Source of the DNA: Paracoccaceae bacterium
GTDB taxonomy: Bacteria > Pseudomonadota > Alphaproteobacteria > Rhodobacterales > Rhodobacteraceae
Length of the DNA stretch: 64,000 nt
Direction: 5' to 3'
NCBI GenBank assembly: GCA_965219015.1
Contig: CBDCNH010000013.1
Location: 727,474-791,473 of the forward strand
A program made the position numbers and the translations under genes. This document shows positions 10,473-20,540 of this stretch, one piece after another (position 1 is the first letter of the stretch; the number at the start of each line of letters is the position of its first letter). Below the pieces are notes generated by a model. It was not told where the DNA came from. It made no database searches and worked only from the letters and a program-made list of their open reading frames with translations.

Positions 10473-10985
10473 ATGACGCGAACGCTCGCCTTTGTCTTCG
10501 GACTTGCCATCGCCCTTGCGGGCTGCGCGAAAGCTCCCGAGCAGACCATCGGGGCGGACGGACGGCCGTTGCCGCAGGTCTACCGGCTGTCGAAGGGCGA
10601 CGCCGCGCAGATCGAGTACCGCGTGCTCGACAGCGTCAACGCGCTTCGCGAGGCGGATGGCCAGGCGCCGCTCGCGCTCAGTCCGGAATTGACCGCCGCC
10701 GCGGCGACGCACTCGCGCGACATGTCGGTGCAGAACCGGCCCTGGCACTTCGGCTCCGACGGCTCGTCGCCGCTCGACCGTGTCCGCCGGACGGGCTATC
10801 CGGGGATCATGCTCGGCGAGAACATCTCCGAGACCTACGAGACCGAGACCGAGACGCTCGCCGCGTGGATGGCCGAGCCCGACACCCGGGCGGTCGTGCT
10901 CGACGCGAAGGCCCGCGACATGGGCTTCGCGTACTACCAGGAGTCGAGCGGCAAGATCTGGTGGACGATGGTCACCGGCGGCTAG
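10473..10985 (+). CDS. CAP/SCP-domain (YkwD-like) lipoprotein
   Basis: Start at MTRTLAFVFGLAIALAGC (lipobox LAGC). CAP-domain-like core (VNALREADGQAPLALSPELTAAAATHSRDM ... WMAEPDTRAVVLDAKARDMGFAYY). Confidence 0.8.
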   Translation: MTRTLAFVFGLAIALAGCAKAPEQTIGADGRPLPQVYRLSKGDAAQIEYRVLDSVNALREADGQAPLALSPELTAAAATHSRDMSVQNRPWHFGSDGSSPLDRVRRTGYPGIMLGENISETYETETETLAAWMAEPDTRAVVLDAKARDMGFAYYQESSGKIWWTMVTGG

Positions 10986-11000
10986 TATGCCAGTTCGCGG

Positions 11001-11507
11001 TCAGGGCGCGATGTAGATCGGCGTGCCGTCGCGGACCATCGCGTAGATCGTCTCCATCTCCTTGTCCTTCACCGAGATGCAGCCCCAGGTCCAGTCCGGC
11101 CCGCGCTTCTTGCGGCCCTGACCGTGGATGAAGACATCGCCTCCGGGCGAGACGCCGAGTGCCGCGGCTTGCGCGCGGTCGCCTGGGTTCGGGTAGGAGA
11201 TGCCAAGCGATAGCCAGTACGAGCTGTTGGGGTTGCGCCGGTCGATGAAGTACGCGCCTTCGGGCGTGCGGCCGTCGCCTTCCACGGCCTTGTGTCCGAG
11301 GGGCGTGCGGCCGAGATCGACCTTGTAGGTCGCGAGCACCGCGCGGTCGTGCATCAGGTACATCTGCCGCGCAGACTTCGCGACGTAGATCTGGGTCACT
11401 TGCGGCCCATCATAGGTCTTGAACTTGCTCGCGCATCCCGCAAGCGCAACGGTTGCCATCGCGAGCGCGCATAGTCGCGCCGCCGGTCCGAACCTGTCTG
11501 TCATCAC
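11001..11507 (-). CDS. L,D-transpeptidase-family lipoprotein
   Basis: Lipobox VALAGC, and a YkuD-like catalytic region FIHGQG...WTWGCISV. Confidence 0.85.
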   Translation of the reverse strand: MMTDRFGPAARLCALAMATVALAGCASKFKTYDGPQVTQIYVAKSARQMYLMHDRAVLATYKVDLGRTPLGHKAVEGDGRTPEGAYFIDRRNPNSSYWLSLGISYPNPGDRAQAAALGVSPGGDVFIHGQGRKKRGPDWTWGCISVKDKEMETIYAMVRDGTPIYIAP

Positions 11508-11566
11508 TGCCTCGTTTTACTGCACGCGTTTTTTGGCCCGCATACTAGGCCTTTTTTACCGGCTGC

Positions 11567-12775
11567 CTAGCCGGATCTTCGCGTGAAGGTTGCAGCGATC
11601 TCGATATGCGGCGACCAGCGGAACTGGTCGACCACCTCGAGCCGGTCGAGGACGTAGCCGCCGGAGATCAGACGGGACGCGTCCCGTGCGAAGCTGACGG
11701 GGTTGCACGAGACCGCGGCGACCGTCGGCACAGGTGATGCCGCGAGGGCCGATGTCTGCGCGTCGGCGCCAGCACGGGGCGGGTCGAGAACGACGGCATC
11801 GAAGCGAGCGAGCTCGGCCGGCAGGAGGGGACGGCGGAAGAGGTCGCGTGTCTCGGTGGTGATGCGGCGAAGCCCCGTCGCGCCGCGCCAGCCGGCGTCG
11901 AGCGCTGCGAGGGCAGCGGCATCGGTTTCGACGGCATGCACCTCGGCGCGCCCGGCGAGCGGCAGCGCGAAGGTTCCGCAGCCGGCGAAGAGGTCTGCGA
12001 CATTTGCGGCGCCCTCTGTCGCCCTGAGGACCGCGGACGTCAGCGCCGCCTCGCCCTCTCCCGTCGCCTGGAGGAACGCGCCGGGCGGCGGTACGACACG
12101 GGCGGCGCCGATCGGCCGTGCCGGCAGCGCGTGGCTCGCGACGGGCTCGCCGTTCCAGGTGAGGCGCGCCACGCCATGCGCGCGCGAGAGCTCGGCAAGC
12201 GCCATGCGTCCGCTGGCGTCGGGCACGGTGCCGCCGGTGACGGCGACATCGGCACCCGCCACGCTGGCCGTTATGGCGAAGGCGAGCTCGGCCTTGCGCG
12301 AACCGTGCCGCACCGTGACGGCCTCGAGGAACGGCAGGAGCGCGAGCAGCGCGGGATCGAGCACGCGGCAGTCTGGAACGGGTACGATGACGTCCGAGGC
12401 CGGCGCGTGGAAGCCCACGAGCGCGCCGGCCCTGGTGCGTCGACCGGCCAGCGTCGCACGGATGCGCGAGCCCGGCGGCGAGGTATGCACCGCCACGACT
12501 TCGGCCCCGATGCCGTGGGCGGCGAGCGCGGTGCGGACCACCTCCGCCTTCCAGTTTGCCACGAAGCCATCGGACGCGTGCTGGAGCGCGCAGCCGCCGC
12601 AGCGGCGGTAGTGCGGGCAGGGCGGGCGCACGCGGTCGGGCGAGGGCGTGAGGATGTGCGTGCCGTCGTCGGAGACGACCTCGCCCGGTAGCATCCGCGG
12701 CAGGTAGACAGGCCCCGCCGCGGTCTCGGCGATGCCGTCGCCGAGGTGCCCGAGCCGCGCGACGGTGAGGCTCAC
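11567..12775 (-). CDS. RNA (uracil-5)-methyltransferase, RumA/RlmD/TrmA family
   Basis: Fe-S Cys cluster CPHYRRCGGCALQH, SAM motif DLFAGCGTFALPLA, VVLDPPRAG, and catalytic VSCNP. The GTG start overlaps the upstream ABC stop (GTGA). Confidence 0.85.
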   Translation of the reverse strand: MSLTVARLGHLGDGIAETAAGPVYLPRMLPGEVVSDDGTHILTPSPDRVRPPCPHYRRCGGCALQHASDGFVANWKAEVVRTALAAHGIGAEVVAVHTSPPGSRIRATLAGRRTRAGALVGFHAPASDVIVPVPDCRVLDPALLALLPFLEAVTVRHGSRKAELAFAITASVAGADVAVTGGTVPDASGRMALAELSRAHGVARLTWNGEPVASHALPARPIGAARVVPPPGAFLQATGEGEAALTSAVLRATEGAANVADLFAGCGTFALPLAGRAEVHAVETDAAALAALDAGWRGATGLRRITTETRDLFRRPLLPAELARFDAVVLDPPRAGADAQTSALAASPVPTVAAVSCNPVSFARDASRLISGGYVLDRLEVVDQFRWSPHIEIAATFTRRSG

Positions 12776-14628
12776 TCCGCGGCTTCGGCCACGCCGATGA
12801 AGCCGCCAGACTGCCGGTTCCAGTAGCGCGCGTAGACGCCGCCGCGCCCGAGGAGCGCCGCATGGCTGCCGTCCTCGACGATGCGGCCTTCCTCGAGCAC
12901 CACGATCCGGTCCATCTCCGCGATGGTCGAAAGCCGGTGCGCGATGGCGAGCACGGTCTTGCCTTCCATCACGCGGGCGAGCGAGGACTGGATCGCCGCC
13001 TCGACCTCGCTGTCGAGCGCCGAGGTCGCCTCGTCGAGCACCAGGATCGGCGCGTCCTTGAGGAACGTGCGCGCGAGCGCGATCCGTTGCCGCTGGCCGC
13101 CCGAAAGCTTCACGCCGCGCTCGCCGAGGAAGGCGTCGTAGCCCTGCCGCCCGGTGTGATCGACCATCCGGTCGATGAAGCTCTCCGCCTCGGCCGCCTG
13201 CGCGGCAGCGGTCACGTCGTCCATCGAGGCATCCGGGCGGCCATAGCGGATGTTGTCACGCGCCGAGCGGTTGAACATCGCGGTGTCCTGCGTGACCATG
13301 CCGATCTGCCGCCGCAGGCTTTCCTGCGTCACGTCGCGCACATCGATGCCGTCGATCAGGATGCGACCCGCCTCGACGTCGTAGAGCCGCAGGAGCAGCG
13401 CCACGAGCGTCGACTTGCCCGCTCCCGACGCGCCGACGATCCCGAGTTTCTCTCCCGGGCGGATATGCAGGTCGAGGTCGCGCACGCCTCCCGTGGCGCG
13501 CCCGTAACCGAAGCTCACGCCCTCGAAGCGCACCTCGCCCCTGACCCGAGGCAGCTCCACCGCATCCGCGGCGTCGGTCAGCGTGTGCGGCACGCTCAAC
13601 GTCCGCATCCCGTCCTCGACCTCGCCGACAGAGCCGTAGATCGACATCAGCGTGAAGCTCACCCAGCCCGACATCTGCGCGATGCGGAGCGAGATCGCCC
13701 CCGCCGCGGCGATGTCGCCCGCTGTCGCCGTGCCGGCCTGCCAGAGCCAGAGCGTGCCGCCGATCAGAAGGACCGGCAGCACGCCCGAAAGCGTCATCAG
13801 CGACAGGCGGAACCAGGTCGAGATGACGCCGAACTCGAGCGAGCGGTCGCGGAACACCTGCATCGAGCCGAGCGCCACGCGGTCCTCGAAGGCGGCGTGG
13901 GCGAAGAGCTTCACCGTCTTGATGTTGGTGATCGTGTCCACGACCTGCCCCGAGACCATCGCCCGCGATGCGGCCCGGGCGGCGGAGTTCTCGCGCACCT
14001 GCGGCAGGAAGTGCCGGATCAGGAAGCCGTAAGCGATCATCCAGAGCGCCAGGGCGACGCCCATCCGCCAGTCGATGGAGACGAGGAACACGACCGAGCC
14101 GATGACCGACGCGGCCGCGAAGGCCATCGTGTTGATCGATTCCGTGATCACATCGGTGACCGCGCGCGACGCCTGCATCTGCTTTTGCGCGATGCGGCCG
14201 GCGAAGTCGTTGTCGAAGAACGTCACCGCCTGCCCGAGCGTCCAGCGGTGCAGCCGCGACAGCACGAGCGGCATCACGTTCGGCCCGATGACGATCGCGT
14301 TCGACGCCGATGCGAGGCCGAAGGCGAGCGGGCGGAGGCCGAGGTAGAACACGACGAAGCCTGCGAGCAGCCAGGCGTTGCGCGCGAAGTACGCGGCAGG
14401 CCCAGCGGCGAGCGCGCTGTCGATCACGGTGCCGATGATCTGCGCCGAGATCACCTCCATCGTGCCCGCGACCGCCGAGATCGCGGCGGCGATCCAGAGC
14501 ATCCTCCACGAGCCGCGCAGGCACCAGCCGAAGAAGGCGCCAAGCGTCGCGGGCGGCGGGCCCTCCGCGGGGCGGAAGGCGTCGATGAGCCCGCCAAGAC
14601 GGTCGCCGAGGATGCCGCCCGCGCTCAT
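12772..14628 (-). CDS. ABC exporter, fused permease/ATPase (heterodimer partner 2)
   Basis: Lower part of ORF 12772..16395, starting at MSAGGILGD (ATG 14626-14628). Six-TM N-terminal domain, Walker A GASGAGKST, signature LSGGQRQR and Walker B ILVLDEATSALD. Confidence 0.9.
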   Translation of the reverse strand: MSAGGILGDRLGGLIDAFRPAEGPPPATLGAFFGWCLRGSWRMLWIAAAISAVAGTMEVISAQIIGTVIDSALAAGPAAYFARNAWLLAGFVVFYLGLRPLAFGLASASNAIVIGPNVMPLVLSRLHRWTLGQAVTFFDNDFAGRIAQKQMQASRAVTDVITESINTMAFAAASVIGSVVFLVSIDWRMGVALALWMIAYGFLIRHFLPQVRENSAARAASRAMVSGQVVDTITNIKTVKLFAHAAFEDRVALGSMQVFRDRSLEFGVISTWFRLSLMTLSGVLPVLLIGGTLWLWQAGTATAGDIAAAGAISLRIAQMSGWVSFTLMSIYGSVGEVEDGMRTLSVPHTLTDAADAVELPRVRGEVRFEGVSFGYGRATGGVRDLDLHIRPGEKLGIVGASGAGKSTLVALLLRLYDVEAGRILIDGIDVRDVTQESLRRQIGMVTQDTAMFNRSARDNIRYGRPDASMDDVTAAAQAAEAESFIDRMVDHTGRQGYDAFLGERGVKLSGGQRQRIALARTFLKDAPILVLDEATSALDSEVEAAIQSSLARVMEGKTVLAIAHRLSTIAEMDRIVVLEEGRIVEDGSHAALLGRGGVYARYWNRQSGGFIGVAEAAE

Positions 14629-16502
14629 TCGGCCGCCTCCTCGGTGCCGATGAACCCGCCCGACTGGCGGTCCCAGAACCGCGCGTAGAGCCCGCCGCGC
14701 GCGAGGAGCGCCGCGTGGGTGCCCTCCTCGACGATGCGGCCGGCCTCGACGACGAGGATGCGGTCCATCCGCGCGATGGTCGAGAGCCGGTGCGCGATGG
14801 CGATGACCGTCTTGCCCTCCATGACGCCGTAGAGCGTCTCGAGGATCGCCGCCTCGACCTCGCTGTCGAGCGCCGAGGTCGCCTCGTCGAGCACCAGGAT
14901 CGGCGCGTCCTTGAGGATCACCCGCGCGAGCGCGATGCGCTGGCGCTGGCCGCCCGAGAGCTGCACGCCGCGCTCGCCGACCTGCGCGGCGTAGCCGGTG
15001 CGGCCCTCGGCGTCGGCGAGGCCGTCGATGAAGGCATGCGCCTCGGCGCGCGTCGCGGCGGAAGTGACCTCGGCCTCCGTCGCCTCCGGCCGGCCGTAGC
15101 GGATGTTGTCCGCGATCGAGCGGTGGAGGAGCGAGCTGTCCTGCTGCACCATGCCGATGGCGCCGCGGAGGCTGTCCTGCGTGACGCCCGCGATGTCCTG
15201 CCCATCGATGGCGATGCGGCCGCCCTCGGGGTCGTAGAAGCGCAGGAGGAGCTTCACCAGCGTGGACTTGCCCGCCCCCGAGCGGCCGACGAGCCCGACC
15301 TTCTCGCCCGGCCGGATCGTCATCGAGAGGCCGTCGAGCCCGCCCGAGCCGCGGCCGTAGTGGTGCGTCAGCCCCTCGATCTCGACGCGGCCCTCGCGCA
15401 CCGCGAGCGGCCGTGCCCCCGGCGCGTCGATCAGCGTCACCGGCTGCGCGATGGTCTCCATGCCCTCCGAGATGATCCCGAGCGAGCGGAAGAAGGTCGA
15501 GAGCGCCCACATGATCCAGCCGGTCATCGCGTTGAGGCGCAGCACCAGCGCGCCCGCCGCCGCCACCGCGCCGACCGTCGCGGCACCCGAGGTCCAGAGA
15601 AAGATCGCCCAGCCGACCACCGCGACGATAAGGAGCCCGTTGAGCGCCACGAGCGCCACGTCCATCCGTGTGAGGATCCGCATCTCGTTGGCGAAGGTCC
15701 GGCGCGCGCCCTCGATCGCCTCGCGCGCGTATTCGATCTCCGCGCCCTGATGCGCGAAGAGCTTGACGGAATGAATGTTGGTGTAACTGTCGACCACGCG
15801 GCCCGTGACGGCGCTGCGCGCGTCCGAGGAGGCCTGCGAGGCCGGCCCGATCCGCCGCATCGTCCAGGTCACGAGCCAGGCGTAGAGCCCGACCCAGACC
15901 GCGAGCGGCACGAGGAGCCGCGGGTCGGCGCCGAAGAGCACCACGCCCGCGCCGACCAGATAGGCGAGCGAGAAGGTGATCGCGTCGAACACCTGGAACA
16001 CGGCGTCGCCGGCGGCGGGCGGGGTCTGCATGATGCGGTTCGCGATGCGGCCGGCGAAATCGTTCTCGAACCAGCCGACGGACTGGCGCAGCACGTGCTT
16101 GTGCGCCCGCCAGCGGATCAGCGTGCCGTAGTTCGGCAGGATCGCGTTGTTGAGGAGCGCCACGTTGACGCCCTGCAGGAGCGGCCGGACGAGGAGGATG
16201 AAGAGCGCCGCGCCGACGAGCTCCAGCCCGTAGCGGTCCCAGACCGTCTCCGGCCCGGCCTTGGCCAGCACGTCGACGATGCGGCCCATGTACCAGATGA
16301 GCGCGATCTCGACGGCGGCGACGACGATCGAGGTGGCGCCGGTGACGGCGAACACGGGGATGAACGGCTGCGAATAGGCGCGCAGGAACGGCCACAGCCG
16401 CCGCGGCGGCGTGTCGTCATCCGCGTAGGCGACGTACGGATCGACCAGACGCTCGAAATAGGCAAACACGGGAAACGCTCGCGGAAAGGTTGCCACGCAC
16501 AT
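14625..16502 (-). CDS. ABC exporter, fused permease/ATPase (heterodimer partner 1)
   Basis: TM domain, Walker A GRSGAGKST, LSGGQRQR and ILVLDEATSALD. There is a 4-nt ATGA overlap with the downstream partner. Confidence 0.9.
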   Translation of the reverse strand: MCVATFPRAFPVFAYFERLVDPYVAYADDDTPPRRLWPFLRAYSQPFIPVFAVTGATSIVVAAVEIALIWYMGRIVDVLAKAGPETVWDRYGLELVGAALFILLVRPLLQGVNVALLNNAILPNYGTLIRWRAHKHVLRQSVGWFENDFAGRIANRIMQTPPAAGDAVFQVFDAITFSLAYLVGAGVVLFGADPRLLVPLAVWVGLYAWLVTWTMRRIGPASQASSDARSAVTGRVVDSYTNIHSVKLFAHQGAEIEYAREAIEGARRTFANEMRILTRMDVALVALNGLLIVAVVGWAIFLWTSGAATVGAVAAAGALVLRLNAMTGWIMWALSTFFRSLGIISEGMETIAQPVTLIDAPGARPLAVREGRVEIEGLTHHYGRGSGGLDGLSMTIRPGEKVGLVGRSGAGKSTLVKLLLRFYDPEGGRIAIDGQDIAGVTQDSLRGAIGMVQQDSSLLHRSIADNIRYGRPEATEAEVTSAATRAEAHAFIDGLADAEGRTGYAAQVGERGVQLSGGQRQRIALARVILKDAPILVLDEATSALDSEVEAAILETLYGVMEGKTVIAIAHRLSTIARMDRILVVEAGRIVEEGTHAALLARGGLYARFWDRQSGGFIGTEEAAE

Positions 16503-16541
16503 AGCGCCGATCGGCGGCGAGGAAAACCTTCGGCGCTGGCG

Positions 16542-17138
16542 TCAGTGGCGGAAAAACAGGACCACGCCGGCGGCGATGCTGGCGCCCATCACGACGTTGA
16601 AGACACGCAGCCGCCGACCCTTGGCGAGCCAGTGCCGCATCGCCTGGCCTGCGCTTGCCCAGCCGAAGGCGGAGGTGAAGCCCGCGCAGAGAAAGATCCC
16701 GGCCACGATGCCGGCCGTGAGCAGGGGCCGATCCGGGCGAACGAACTGCGCCGTGGCGGCGATGGCCATGGCCCAGCCCTTGGGGTTGATCCACTGAAAC
16801 GCGGCCGCCTCAACGAACGTCATCGGCCGGATCTTCGCGCGCGCACTGCCGGTGCCGCTGGCAGTCCCGACGCGCCATGCGACCCAGAGGAGGAGGACCG
16901 CGCCGCTCCAGCGGAGGATCTCGCGAAAGGCGGCCGACGCCTGGAACATCTCGCCGAGCGCCAGACCGACGACGAGCACCATCATCGGAAACCCGAGGGC
17001 GATGCCGAGGACATGCGGCACCGTCCGCCGGAGCCCGAACGTCGCACCGGACGACGCCACCATCGCGTTGTTCGGGCCGGGCGTCCACGCCGCCGCGAAG
17101 GCCAGCGTGACGAGGGGGAGGAGGAGTTCGGTCGGCAC
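16542..17138 (-). CDS. LysE/RhtB-family amino-acid exporter
   Basis: Lower 198 codons of ORF 16542..17786, from GTG (17136-17138): VPTELLLPLVTLAFAAAWTPGPNN. Multi-TM pattern typical of the LysE family. Confidence 0.8.
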   Translation of the reverse strand: MPTELLLPLVTLAFAAAWTPGPNNAMVASSGATFGLRRTVPHVLGIALGFPMMVLVVGLALGEMFQASAAFREILRWSGAVLLLWVAWRVGTASGTGSARAKIRPMTFVEAAAFQWINPKGWAMAIAATAQFVRPDRPLLTAGIVAGIFLCAGFTSAFGWASAGQAMRHWLAKGRRLRVFNVVMGASIAAGVVLFFRH

Positions 17139-17170
17139 GGCGGCACTCTTGCGGGCGGGCGCCCGACCCG

Positions 17171-18304
17171 TCAAGCGAGGAGGTCGTCCCTGGCCAGCGT
17201 GAACCCCGAGGCGACCCAGCGCGCCCGCAGGTCCGCGAGGGCCGCACCCAGCGCCGCGCCCTGAAGCGCGGGCATCAGGTCCGACGCGGCAACGGGAAAG
17301 GTTGCGCTCGCACCGCGCGCGATCTCGGCGCGCCAGTTCTCCGGAAGCGGCGTCGCGTCGCGCGCCGCACGGGCTAGAACCGCATCGGTCGCGGCCTCCG
17401 GCCCAAGGGCGTGGCCAAGCGCCGCGGCAGTGCCGACAGCGCCTGTCCGCTCTGCCAGCGCTTGAGCTTCGGCGCGGCTGAGGCGCAGCGCGTCGCGCGC
17501 ATCCGCGGCACCGAGCGTCGCGAGCCGGCGGAGCCAGGCCGGTGCGCGTCCATCCTCGAGGGCGACGAGACGGCCGAGCGCCGCGGGGTCCGTTCCCGGC
17601 AACGCCGCTTCGAGCACGCCGGTCGCCGCCATCGCGGCCACGCTCGGCGCAGGGTCGGGTGCCGCCAGGAGCTTTCGCATCTCGCCGCCGATGCGTTCGC
17701 GCGACAGCCCGGCAACGCTCCGGTGCGCCGCTTCGACAGCAGCGAGACCCGCGGGGTCGAGCCCTCGCGCGGCATCGCCGTACCACGCATGGAAGCGGAA
17801 GAGCCGCAGGATCCTGAGCGCGTCCTCGGCGATGCGCGTTGCGGGATCGCCGACGAACCGGACCCGCCGCGCGGCGAGGTCGTCGAGCCCGCCGACGGGA
17901 TCGAGCACGGTCCCGTCGGGCTCCGCGTAAAGCGCGTTCATCGTGAAGTCACGCCGCGCGGCGTCGGCGCCGATCTCGTCGGTGAAGGCCACGACCGCGT
18001 GGCGTCCGTCGGTCTCCACGTCACGGCGGAACGTGGTGATCTCGTATGGGGCGCCGTCCGCCACGACCGTCACCGTGCCGTGCTCGAGTCCGGTCGGGAT
18101 GGCGCGCAGTCCCGCTGCCTCGGCAAGATCGATGACGCGGTGGGGCAGCGCGTCGGTCGCGATGTCGACGTCGGCGACGGCTCGTCCGAGGAGCGCATTC
18201 CGCACCGCGCCGCCGACGAAAAGCGCCCGGTGCCCGACATCGGTGAGCAGGGCGCAGACCATCTCGGTCGCGGGAGCGCGCCGCCAAGGACCATCGACGC
18301 GCAT
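17171..18304 (-). CDS. cca: CCA-adding tRNA nucleotidyltransferase
   Basis: Start at MRVDGPW (ATG 18302-18304). Motifs seen: GGAVRNALLG...DVDIAT, TFRRDVETDGR and RRDFTMNALY. Confidence 0.85.
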   Translation of the reverse strand: MRVDGPWRRAPATEMVCALLTDVGHRALFVGGAVRNALLGRAVADVDIATDALPHRVIDLAEAAGLRAIPTGLEHGTVTVVADGAPYEITTFRRDVETDGRHAVVAFTDEIGADAARRDFTMNALYAEPDGTVLDPVGGLDDLAARRVRFVGDPATRIAEDALRILRLFRFHAWYGDAARGLDPAGLAAVEAAHRSVAGLSRERIGGEMRKLLAAPDPAPSVAAMAATGVLEAALPGTDPAALGRLVALEDGRAPAWLRRLATLGAADARDALRLSRAEAQALAERTGAVGTAAALGHALGPEAATDAVLARAARDATPLPENWRAEIARGASATFPVAASDLMPALQGAALGAALADLRARWVASGFTLARDDLLA

Positions 18305-18900
18305 CACGTCGCGGTCATGGCGGTCGCGAGTCCCCAGAGGATCCGCGCGGTGGCGCCCCAGATGTAGTAGGGCCCCCACGGCACGACGCGGTAGCGCCGC
18401 ACCTCGCCCTGCCAGCGCCGGCCCTCGATCCGGTAGCGTGCGGGATCGGCGAGATGCGCGAGCGGAACCTCGAACACCTCGCCGACCTCCGCCGCCTCGG
18501 GCACCGGGACGAAGCCGGGCGGCACTACGCCCACGAAGGGCTCGATGGCAAAGCCCGTCACCGTGGTGTGGACCGGCAGCCGCCCGAGGAGGCGCACGCC
18601 CGACGGAGCGAGCCCGATCTCCTCGGCCGCCTCGCGCAGCGCCGCCGCCTCGGCGGACGCGTCGCCGGGGTCGACCCGCCCCCCCGGCAGCGCGATCTGT
18701 CCGGGGTGGTGCCGCAGATGGGCCGCGCGGCGCGTGAGGACGACGCTCACGCCCGCGGATGTCTCTCGCAGCGGCACGAGGACCGCGGCAGCGAGGGCGA
18801 CGCGCGCAGGTCCGTGCGGCCCGAAGTCGAAGTCCGACGACGCCCGCGCGGGCGCCGCGAGCGCCGCCGCGACCCGGCTCAGCGCATCAATGCACGTCAC
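18304..18900 (-). CDS. CoA pyrophosphatase (Nudix hydrolase)
   Basis: Nudix box GGRVDPGDASAEAAALREAAEEIG. ATGA overlap with the cca start. Confidence 0.8.
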   Translation of the reverse strand: MTCIDALSRVAAALAAPARASSDFDFGPHGPARVALAAAVLVPLRETSAGVSVVLTRRAAHLRHHPGQIALPGGRVDPGDASAEAAALREAAEEIGLAPSGVRLLGRLPVHTTVTGFAIEPFVGVVPPGFVPVPEAAEVGEVFEVPLAHLADPARYRIEGRRWQGEVRRYRVVPWGPYYIWGATARILWGLATAMTAT

Positions 18901-19885
18901 CGGGATCGCGTCCGTCGTAGCCGAGCGTCGCCGGGTCGAATTCGTAATGCGCGCCGCAGAACTGGCAATCGGCCGTGACGATGCCGTCCTCGGTCGTCAT
19001 CGTCGCGATGTCGTCGGGCCCGTAGATCGACAGGCTTTCGCGCACCTTGCCGGCGGAGCAGCTGCACCCGAAGCTCACCGGCTGGGGATCGTACACGCGG
19101 GGCGCCTCCTCGTGGAAGAGCCGCACCAGCAGGTCCGTGGGATGCACCGTGGGCCCGACGAGCTCCAGGGCTTCCACGGTATCGAGGAGCAGGTTCGCCC
19201 GCGTCCAGTTCTCCTCGTCCTCGCCGTCGAGGATGTCCTCCGCCGCGAGGAGCCCGCCTTCGCCCGAACCGCCCTCGCCGGATGCGAAGGGCGAGGCCTT
19301 CGGCATGTGCTGCAGCATCACGCCCCCCGCGCGCCAGTGTTCCGCCGATCCGGGCTCGGAGGCCCGCCCGAAGGTCAGCGAAAAGCGCGTCGGCAACTGC
19401 TCGGACTGCGCGAAATAGGTCTCGGCGCAGGCCGACAGCGACGCCCCGGTGATCGGCGTGATGCCCTGGTAGGGCGTGGTGCCGGGCCCCTGGTCGATCA
19501 GGATCGTGAGATACCCGCGCCCGATCAGATCGAAGGGCCGCGCCGTGGCGTCGAGCGCATCCTCGTCGTAGGCCGCATAGGCGCGGATGCGCGCCGGCTG
19601 GCCGTCCTCGGCCGGGCCGTAGTAGTCCGTCGCGATGAGCCGGACGGCACCCTCGCCGCGCACCTGCAGGGACAGTTTCCAGCGCAGCTTGATCGTCTGC
19701 CCGATCAGCGCCGTCAGCGTCGCCGCCTCGGCCACCAGCGCCTCGACCGGGGCAGGGTAGTCGTGCTGGCCAAGCACGCGGTCGAGCACGCCGTCGAGCC
19801 GGGCGACCCGGCCGCGGATGTCGCTGCGGTCGAGCTGGAATGGCAGGACGGTGTCGTCCCAGGCGATCTGCGATCCGAGCGTCAT
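18887..19885 (-). CDS. hslO: Redox-regulated chaperone Hsp33
   Basis: Start at MTLGSQIAWDD (ATG 19883-19885). C-terminal zinc centre CSCS...CQFCGAHYEF. Confidence 0.9.
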   Translation of the reverse strand: MTLGSQIAWDDTVLPFQLDRSDIRGRVARLDGVLDRVLGQHDYPAPVEALVAEAATLTALIGQTIKLRWKLSLQVRGEGAVRLIATDYYGPAEDGQPARIRAYAAYDEDALDATARPFDLIGRGYLTILIDQGPGTTPYQGITPITGASLSACAETYFAQSEQLPTRFSLTFGRASEPGSAEHWRAGGVMLQHMPKASPFASGEGGSGEGGLLAAEDILDGEDEENWTRANLLLDTVEALELVGPTVHPTDLLVRLFHEEAPRVYDPQPVSFGCSCSAGKVRESLSIYGPDDIATMTTEDGIVTADCQFCGAHYEFDPATLGYDGRDPGDVH

Positions 19886-20042
19886 GAAGCGGGGCCTTGG
19901 AGAGGTGCGGGTGGCGTTGCGCCAGCATATAGGCAGCGCACGGGATGCGCCAAGCCTGCAGGCCATCGATGGGAAGGCTCGGGCCGCCGCCGGGGCGACA
20001 CGCCTGGCGGCTTCGTCCCGGCGCGGATACGGCGCTCCTGCG

Positions 20043-20234
20043 GGGGCGCCCTATGCTGCCGACGGAGGGGCCGCGCGGAGCCGCAGCCGGCCGGCGGAGG
20101 CGTCGGGTCCGGCGAGCGGCCCGGAACGGCGCTCATCCGGGGCGCCTTAAGCTGCTGACGGAGGGGCCGCGCGGAGCCTGCAACCGGCCGGCGGACGTGT
20201 CGGGCCCGGCGAGCGGTCGGGAGCGATGCTCCGG
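20043..20234. repeat. Tandem 96-97-bp direct repeat (two full copies plus a degenerate partial copy upstream)
   Basis: Both copies start with GGGGCGCC (20043 and 20139). Hand alignment shows about four-fifths identity with one 1-nt indel. The tail of the unit (ACGGCGCTC) recurs at about 20028-20038. Confidence 0.85.
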
Positions 20235-20540
20235 CACGAGGTGCTCGAGGGGACGGAAGGAAGGTCCGTCCTGGGCACCGCCCTGGCGCGCTCCGCCACG
20301 TCGTTCATCGGCTGAAGGCCGGACCGTGAGCGGCGAAAGGGTGCCGCGCCCCCTGCGCGCCCGCTCTTGCGACTGGCTCCGCCGTGCCTGACGGGTTATC
20401 GAGCGGTCTGGCGCACCGCCGATGAGGCGGTCTACGTCTTCGGCGCGGACCTGCGGCTCACGCCGTCCCCGGCATCCGGCGCGTTCTTGCGACGTGACCG
20501 GCGGCATTGGCCCCAGATGCCGAGCCGGGATCGCTCGAGT

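Noticed and set aside
11508-11566. GGCC-N9-GGCC followed by TTTTTT, and CCGGCT-GCCT-AGCCGG, in the spacer between the RNA methyltransferase and L,D-transpeptidase genes, considered as terminators.
   Set aside because: Both flanking genes are on the minus strand, whereas the T-run follows the hairpin only on the plus strand. The stems are only 4-6 bp, so this is not convincing as a functional terminator.
20251-20271. The hairpin GGACGGA-AGGAAGG-TCCGTCC contains GGAAGGAAG, reminiscent of the SRP (4.5S) RNA domain IV. The adjacent CCTGGGCA is reminiscent of the ZTP riboswitch 3' element.
   Set aside because: The conserved SRP AGCAGCC strand and the GGAA tetraloop geometry are missing. No ZTP 5' subdomain (GGGUCGUGAC-like) is present, and no downstream gene exists. 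I treat it as a plain hairpin.
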